In this document: piece after piece, positions 50,791-58,654 of the stretch
Position numbering within the stretch: the first letter of the stretch is position 1
Layout of the letters: each line of letters starts with the position of its first letter
From: Octopus bimaculoides
Taxonomy: Eukaryota
NCBI RefSeq assembly: GCF_001194135.2
Contig: NC_068985.1
Span: 121,192,071-121,250,724, forward strand
Direction of reading: 5' to 3'
Length of the DNA stretch: 58,654 nucleotides
Made by a program: the position numbers and the translations under genes
The notes under the pieces: generated by a model
Database searches by the model: none
What the model was told of the DNA's origin: nothing
Seen by the model: the letters and a program-made list of their open reading frames with translations, nothing else

Positions 50791-52077
50791 AAGCACTTTT
50801 ACCACAACCCATATAACGCTGGGCAAACGGCAAATTCGAACCTGGCGGATTCGTATAACATATTGAGTTATTACGTTATAGATCCCAGCAGAACGTAAAG
50901 TAGACGTCGGTGAAATTCGAACTGAGAATGCCAAAACTAAAAACAAATTTAGGTGCCCCTAAGCAGTTTGTCTGTTACTCCATCTTCCTTGAATTCGCTC
51001 ACCCACCACCCTAGATATATACCTAGAGTAATATAAAACAAGATCCTGTATTAAATATGACATTAACAACCCGAAATTCACCAAATCCAATATCAGACGT
51101 CGTAAATTAGAGGACAGTCGAACGTCTAATCTGCCGTTTAATTGATCATTTAAAAAGAAGCTGACTGTGTCTTTCAAAGAAGCGAACGGACATCTTAATC
51201 TGATCTTAAACCTAACACGAACACCTTTTCTGGCCTTAGCTGACATCACCTAAATTGACCTCACAAATTCAAGCAAGACTTTTTCTTTTTATCTTTTATC
51301 GCTGAAATATTGTATGTTATTGTAGTTTTTATTATTTGGGTTTTAACAACAATAATATCTGATTGTGAAATTACCGTATAAAAGAAATGTGTAACTTTAG
51401 AAAGCACAGGAAATCATTGAAGCTCTTTCAGTTATTTTTATTGCCGTGTTCAACTTAGACTTTCACGATCCGACCTAACAATTTTACGATACAACGAGAA
51501 AGCCTTTATGTAGCCGTTCGACGTCCTAATAGTAGTTGCTGAAACATCTTCACATCGCGTCCTATTGTTTTAAAATTTATACAGACATGATTTTTGTATT
51601 TAGAATTTTGGGTAGCATCTACACAGTTTCGGTTTCGATCCCCATCTTATGGGTGCTATTTATGATCAACAATATGTTGTAGAAAAAGGCGATCAAATTA
51701 TGAGACCTAAGATTTTGCTGAATTTGTAATATTTTGATTTTGAAAGAGTTTTAAGAGAACAAAGTATTCCCAGGCTGTCAATGTTTTTCTTAGAATATGG
51801 GCAGTACACACGAGGACAATTCTTTTGTATATTTTATACTTTTGGTTTCCCAAAAGTATATTTAGTATTAATGCCAAAGCACAATTATCACAAGTACCGT
51901 TGTCATTCTTAGATAACATATATTTACTTAACTTTACTTTTCACATATTTAAGGCGGATAAAATGCATCGTAAAATTAATAAAATATAGCTCTAACGACA
52001 TACTAACTGGGTTACGAGCTACGACTAACCCCTTCCACCAAATTTTAAGCCCTGTGCCAGTGTTTGAAACAATTATT

Positions 52078-52290
52078 AGAGCAGTAGATGTGCTGAATCT
52101 TTACAGTGTCGTACAAAATTCCTTTATGCTTTGAGTTGAAATCTCACTGAAATCAACTTTGCCTTCCATATTTTCTGGTATTGATAAAATAAAACACCAG
52201 TCAAATACAGAGGATCGATCGATTTTGTCTGCTGTTCGCTTACTACAAATTTCTAATTTTGAGTCTATACCAGAAATGATTATTATTGTT
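52078..52290 (+). mobile_element. Old SINE family C copy
   Basis: Degenerate core (ttgagttgaaatc...caactttgccttccat...tgataaaataaaacaccag) ending in gattattatt. Confidence 0.55.
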
Positions 52291-52329
52291 GTTGTTGTTC
52301 TTGTTGTTTATGAATCCATAGATATAACA

Positions 52330-52830
52330 AGATCTTCCTGTCTTACATCGCAGAGTATTAGGTACATTTTGGATAATGGTCATACAAAGATTTTTAAAGA
52401 ATGTTTTCAGACTTTATTATCGCTACCTTCAGCATCATTCTTACGTCTACAATTCTACGTAAACCTTTTGATGTCTTTACAAAAGCAATTGTATATTATT
52501 GTATTTGCGCAAATTATATACGAGGTGACAGATACATATCTTGCATGCTATCATGTGTTTAATTCAATAGCTAAGATGGTGTAATTCTCCAGGTTTTTCA
52601 TTATAGTCATTCGATATTGCTACAGCAATTATTGAAACACTATTGGCATTTTGTCACGGAGGACAATGCCAGCTTTGTTATCAGCTATCTGGCAAGTCTG
52701 TTTCTATGGGATATAGTTCCATATGATCTTTACATTATCAAGCGACGATGTGTTGCAGACAGACAATAGAACTCATGATTAACTGCCATACAAACATTTG
52801 GCTAAGCAGCAATCCATATGATTCCTTCAC
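52330..52830 (-). mobile_element. Highly decayed 3' end of an RLE-type (R4/Dong-like) non-LTR retrotransposon
   Basis: Minus-strand fragments DNVKIIWNY, KAGIVLRDK, IIAVAISND and YTILAIEL recall the ENxxKILWD...PDIV...IIDVAxPxD...KYxxLAIE restriction-like endonuclease. A (CAA/TAA)n tail follows at 52278-52308. Confidence 0.5.
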
Positions 52831-53343
52831 TTCCTTCTGGGGATTTTAAGAAATATCTATAATAATATTTATGTGATCAGAACCGATCTTCTACCTTTAT
52901 AAATGCAAATAGTAAATTTTCGCAGGAGAAGTGAGGTAAGTGGTATCTCACATCTAAAGGCTAGAATCTCATCGGCAATGAACGATAGCTAATTATATGC
53001 GAAAGTTAGTTATGCTAATTCTAACACTAACCCATATATCATATTTACTGGCGTGCGTGCTGAGTTCGTTTATGCATTCATGGCTAACATATGCTACATT
53101 GATAATATTTGCTACGATTTTTACATATTCCATATTCCGATATTGCTCAATACTAGACTTTTCGTATATTTTAGTGTCGCTATTATATTCCTTATCTTGG
53201 AGCCGGTTTTCTGCATAATGAATACATATGAATATCAATATGAAGAAGCATGTGTAATATATGTATATTTATATGTGCGTGTGTGTGTGTATACATACAG
53301 AGAAATATACTCATTCTGCATACACACACACATATATATGTAA

Positions 53344-53344
<1 letters not shown>

Positions 53345-53415
<71 letters not shown>

Positions 53416-53661
53416 GGGTGTGTGTGTGTGTGTGTATACATACATAGATATATATATACATAAATATGCGTGTAGGTATATATAAATACTCATATATATA
53501 GAGACACACAAACACATACACACACACATACACACACATTCTATCGATGGAGATTCATATAGAATGTTCATAGATAGGATAGATTAAAAGATACGTAGAC
53601 AGACAGACATATACATACATACATACATGAACAAGCATCTCAGACAGACAGACAGACAGAC

Positions 53662-53735
<74 letters not shown>
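53345..53735 (+). repeat. Compound TA/TG/GACA/GATA microsatellite (further CA, TA and CT runs at about 1895, 4513, 5355, 6823, 10978, 38766, 46650 and 48565 and at nearly every gap edge)
   Basis: Direct reading. Confidence 0.95.
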
Positions 53736-54365
53736 GGTAGAGTAAGTATGTAAACAGATGCATAGATGGCTATTCTAGTAAACACAGTCAATGAAATATA
53801 TGTATTTTATGGAAGGAATTTACGAAGGAAAAAGCGGAAGAGAACTTCGTAATAGACGTAAGGGGGGAATAGTGTGAAGAAAGAAAAGAGGTGGTCAAAG
53901 AAATATAGATTCTTAAATGGAAAATTACCGAGCTATTGTATAGTGAGGCATCAAGCAATAGAAGATTCTATAATAATTATAGAACTTGAATACTTCTAAA
54001 ACGCCATTACATTAAACCATTGAAATGGCGTATATGAAAAAAGAAAAGAAAAGAAAAATGGCAAACTTGTTGAAAACAAAAGTAGATACGATATATATTT
54101 GTGCGTGTGTGGGAGAGAGCGAAAGAGAAAGAGAGAGTGTGTGTGTACATATATCTATATACATATGTGTGTGTGTGTGTGTGTGTGTGTGTATAGATAA
54201 GTATGTCTTTGAAATGGGTATATTAATATATACTAATATATATACACGTGTATGTGTGAGAGGAGAAACAGAGAAAGTGATAGAACTATAAATACTGTGT
54301 GCCCGTGTGTATGTGTGTGTATATACATACATATGTGTGTGTGTCAGTGTGTGTGTGTATCATAT

Positions 54366-54397
<32 letters not shown>

Positions 54398-55326
54398 NNN
54401 NNNNNNNNNNNNNNNNNNNNNNNNNNNNNNNNNNNNNNNNNNNNNNNNNNNNNNNNNNNNNNNNNNNNNNNNNNNNNNNNNNNNNNNNNNNNNNNNNNNN
54501 NNNNNNNNNNNNNNNNNNNNNNNNNNNNNNNNNNNNNNNNNNNNNNNNNNNNNNNNNNNNNNNNNNNNNNNNNNNNNNNNNNNNNNNNNNNNNNNNNNNN
54601 NNNNNNNNNNNNNNNNNNNNNNNNNNNNNNNNNNNNNNNNNNNNNNNNNNNNNNNNNNNNNNNNNNNNNNNNNNNNNNNNNNNNNNNNNNNNNNNNNNNN
54701 NNNNNNNNNNNNNNNNNNNNNNNNNNNNNNNNNNNNNNNNNNNNNNNNNNNNNNNNNNNNNNNNNNNNNNNNNNNNNNNNNNNNNNNNNNNNNNNNNNNN
54801 NNNNNNNNNNNNNNNNNNNNNNNNNNNNNNNNNNNNNNNNNNNNNNNNNNNNNNNNNNNNNNNNNNNNNNNNNNNNNNNNNNNNNNNNNNNNNNNNNNNN
54901 NNNNNNNNNNNNNNNNNNNNNNNNNNNNNNNNNNNNNNNNNNNNNNNNNNNNNNNNNNNNNNNNNNNNNNNNNNNNNNNNNNNNNNNNNNNNNNNNNNNN
55001 NNNNNNNNNNNNNNNNNNNNNNNNNNNNNNNNNNNNNNNNNNNNNNNNNNNNNNNNNNNNNNNNNNNNNNNNNNNNNNNNNNNNNNNNNNNNNNNNNNNN
55101 NNNNNNNNNNNNNNNNNNNNNNNNNNNNNNNNNNNNNNNNNNNNNNNNNNNNNNNNNNNNNNNNNNNNNNNNNNNNNNNNNNNNNNNNNNNNNNNNNNNN
55201 NNNNNNNNNNNNNNNNNNNNNNNNNNNNNNNNNNNNNNNNNNNNNNNNNNNNNNNNNNNNNNNNNNNNNNNNNNNNNNNNNNNNNNNNNNNNNNNNNNNN
55301 NNNNNNNNNNNNNNNNNNNNNNNNNN

Positions 55327-55375
<49 letters not shown>

Positions 55376-56019
55376 GTGTGCACACAACCACATAAATATA
55401 TATACACAAACAACCATGCAATAGATATGCACAGATTCACAACCACACAAATACACACTCACACACACACACACACGCACGCACGCATATGGCCACTCAC
55501 ACGCAAACACGCATACTGATATGACCACTCATACACAACCACACAAGATCACAAACCCACACACGCTCATATGGCCACACATACTTACACAACAACACAT
55601 TCTCAGGCTACTGCACAAACTTACCTAATCACATGTACTCACACGGCTACACATATTCATAACTTCCCATACTTAGATTGTTACACCATTCTCAGATTGT
55701 TACACCCGCACTAAAGCACTCAGGCCAAAGCGAGCATACACACGTGCGGTGGCACAAACTTTTATACAGATTAAAACTTATTAATTACTTGTAGGGACAC
55801 CATATTTCGTTATGCAACTATAATATACTACCAAATACATTAAAGATTTTATAGTTAATGCTGTCTCCTACTGTGTTAGCAGTGCCAGTAAGTCACTTTT
55901 TAAGATTATCTATACAAATTTGATACGTCTAATGTAAGTAATGTAAACGAAGGTGGGGAAAATAAGGTAATTGGTGTACATATATATTTCAAGACTTCTT
56001 GCTCCTTCTTCAGCACCAC

Positions 56020-56532
56020 ACCCAACCCGTCTGGATGGTCGGGTATGGTTGGATTTGATTGGATGTGGTGCTACAGAAAGAGCAAGAATTTCTGAAGTAT
56101 GCATATAGAGTGATGGTCATAATTGATATATCACAGACGATTTTGCACTTGGAGCACACACTCTTGAAGACATGCAATGGATTCTAAATAATGTCTCGTT
56201 GCATCGAAAAAGCTTTTGGTCTGACCATCGGCATCAAGAAAACTGAGCTTGTCCATCAGCTTTTTCGTGACCATCTTCCCGTTGGTGCCCCTATCGTATA
56301 TGTTGATGGGAATGCATTAAAAACTGTTTCCTCTTTCACTTATTTTGGTTCCATTGTGTCCAATGATGCGAAGATGTTTAAACGAATGGAGTCCAGAGTT
56401 GGGAAGGCTAGCTCCACTTTCTTTATGCTTTATCACAGGCTATAGAACAGCCACGACGTATCATTAAAGGTGAAAGTTAATGTATATAAGTCGGTGGTCT
56501 TATCAAAGTTGCTTTATGGTGCTGAAATTTAA
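56020..56532 (+). mobile_element. RTE-clade LINE reverse transcriptase fragment
   Basis: TDDFALGAHTLEDMQ (xADD region), then KAFGLTIGIKKTELVHQ...VDGNALKTVSSFTYFGSIVS...RVGKASSTF...KVKVNVYKSVVLSKLLYGAEI, typical of RTE/BovB-like RT. Confidence 0.85.
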
Positions 56533-58111
56533 AAATTTCATAATTGTATACTTCAGGCGCTGGTTTTGCAGCCTTGTAGTTTCGTGTTCAGCAAGTATCT
56601 TCGTCAATAACTCCTAGCCAGCTAATGCCTTGTAAGTGAATTTAGTCGACGTAAACTGCTTGGAATCCTGACGTATATATGTAATCAATTGCGACGCAGC
56701 TCACCTGCAGGGTAGCGATGCATAATGGGTCAAAACGATTGTAGTTGCTCTGAACAAAGAGTGCCTATTACGTGTGTCACCGGCATTGAGCTAAATATTT
56801 TCAATGCTTTACGCAGTCGCTGGACATCCCGGACACCCAAATTGTGAGCAGTGATCGAACCTACTTAGAACAGGGCACAGAGTGTCACCATTACTGTCTA
56901 ACCTATCGCGAACAACGTATTGAGTACCCATTCATTGAACTCTCAGTGAACACTCAGTGAACAATCTAAAGGATGTTTATGGACGCTCATATACACACAC
57001 AGCCATTGACATATATATATATATATATATACATATATAAATATAACAATAATATTAGGAATAAAAATCCAAATTTACAGGTAAAAACTCAATTCAATTC
57101 AATTTATTGAGAATTAAAATTAAATTAAGTTTCAAAGTATAAAATATAAATATATAGTTTTAGAGACAAGAACCAAGGTTCATGAACTCATCGATGAAAA
57201 TCCACTGTCACATATAAAAAATAGATAAGTAAAAGCACAATAAATAAGTAAAATATAATACAAAGTAAATATCATAAGATAAGGATAATAAAACGACTAC
57301 ACGTGTTTCATAACCAAATTTTCAAATAGAAAAAATATTTAAATCGATTAAAACTATCCAAAATCAATTCTATTCAAAAATATCAAAATTATAAACGTTC
57401 CATAATTAACTTTACGTTTATTATAATATAAACTAACAGAAATATTATATGCACAAAAACTAATTTTAACGAATCATTCGTTTAAAATACAATTTAAACG
57501 AAGTTTTAGGTTAAATTAATAAAGATAGAAGTAATACTTATCTAAACGATGCTATAGTTTAAACTAAAAGATTTTAGACTAAAACGCTTATTAGAAAGAA
57601 GTCTCGTATTTTATTAGAAAAAAGTTTTGTATTTTAAACGAAACAGAGCAGTGGGGATATGCAAGGAAACCGAATGAAAACAAACATGGATTGCAGTTAG
57701 ACCAGAACGAGGGGAAAATAGTGAACGCTGGGAGAAATATTTTCTTTGAAAAGAGAAAAGATAGAAGAGGGAGATAGAAGACGTCCAGACCTTAGAACGT
57801 CTGTGCAGGAAAAGAAAGATGGTCACGTGAAGAAAAGAAAGATGGTCGATGGTCACGTGTGAGCAACGAGAGAAAAAGAGAAAGAGACAATTAGAAAACG
57901 GTAAAGGGGAGAAAAGAGGAATTAGAGAAGGATGGGGAAGAAAGCAGTATAGAGTAGCGTCCCATCAAATAGGTTAAAATAAACTTACTTGGACATGGAT
58001 GCGTGGCATTCAATTTAATAATATATCTAGCATATTAAATGTTCACGTTAGTGGTCAATGTTATATATAAAAATATACTTTAATCCCCTGAGATCACAGA
58101 TNNNNNNNNNN

Positions 58112-58149
<38 letters not shown>

Positions 58150-58608
58150 TATATTGATAGGCATGTATGTATGTATCTTTGTATATGTGTTTGAATGTGC
58201 TTGATCGCCCATTTAATTCTAAGTCCTACATTTCTACGTTTATATCAAACGCCTGCTTCAATTTCATACAATCCTGAATTACACGAAATGTAATTTTTCT
58301 TAATGCGGTTGCATTTAAATGTACTTTAGTTGTTACCGTTCAGTGACACACGTGCATGTCAGCCAGATGTTAACCTATGAACGTATGCACGCTTATGTGC
58401 TGTATTTGGGTGTGCTTGTATATGTATACGTGTGTGTGAATGTGTGTGTAAGAGAAAGAGAGAGGGGGAAAGAGAAAGAGAGAGAGAGGGAAAGAGAAAA
58501 AGTGAGAGAAGAAGAGTGCATTTTGTAAAGATTTCAAATCCACTTCCGAAACATTTCCGTAAACTAAATCAAATTAGCGCCTGTTTCTTTTATCTTTATA
58601 GTTCACGC

Positions 58609-58654
<46 letters not shown>

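Noticed and set aside
50959-51249. 96-aa minus-strand ORF in non-repetitive sequence
   Set aside because: It has no recognisable motif, no ATG context and no splice signals, and its length is compatible with chance.
56007-56108. Good-looking acceptor followed by GRVWLDLIGCGATE, reminiscent of an SRCR domain
   Set aside because: The segment is contiguous with, and better explained as, the RTE RT region preceding the xADD motif. It runs into a stop.

Overview
AT-rich, microsatellite-saturated animal genomic DNA with about 15 N-gaps (roughly 5 kb). The SINE families and repeat landscape suggest an octopus/cephalopod draft assembly (inference, not a database hit). Almost every ORF in the supplied track is a translated microsatellite or N-run. 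The only supportable host coding sequence is two + strand internal exons (10653-10898 and 50124-50381), both phase 1-1, in compatible frame and about 39 kb apart. They encode an acidic Ser-Gly segment (EDVIHSGSGDDLE) and a Thr/Ser/Pro-rich mucin-like spacer, as in a syndecan-like proteoglycan ectodomain. The rest is intronic transposon debris: a decayed hAT transposase, two Penelope-like fragments, a Tc1 fragment with DD36E spacing, Tc1/mariner MITEs, RTE and R4/Dong-like LINE fragments, and many tRNA-type SINEs, several with intact target-site duplications. The most notable non-coding signal is a near-canonical minimal type I hammerhead ribozyme motif on the - strand at 21961-22030, with three partial or decayed relatives elsewhere. 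I found no evidence for a wholly new multi-gene system. Boundaries of decayed repeats are approximate and family names come from motif recognition by eye.
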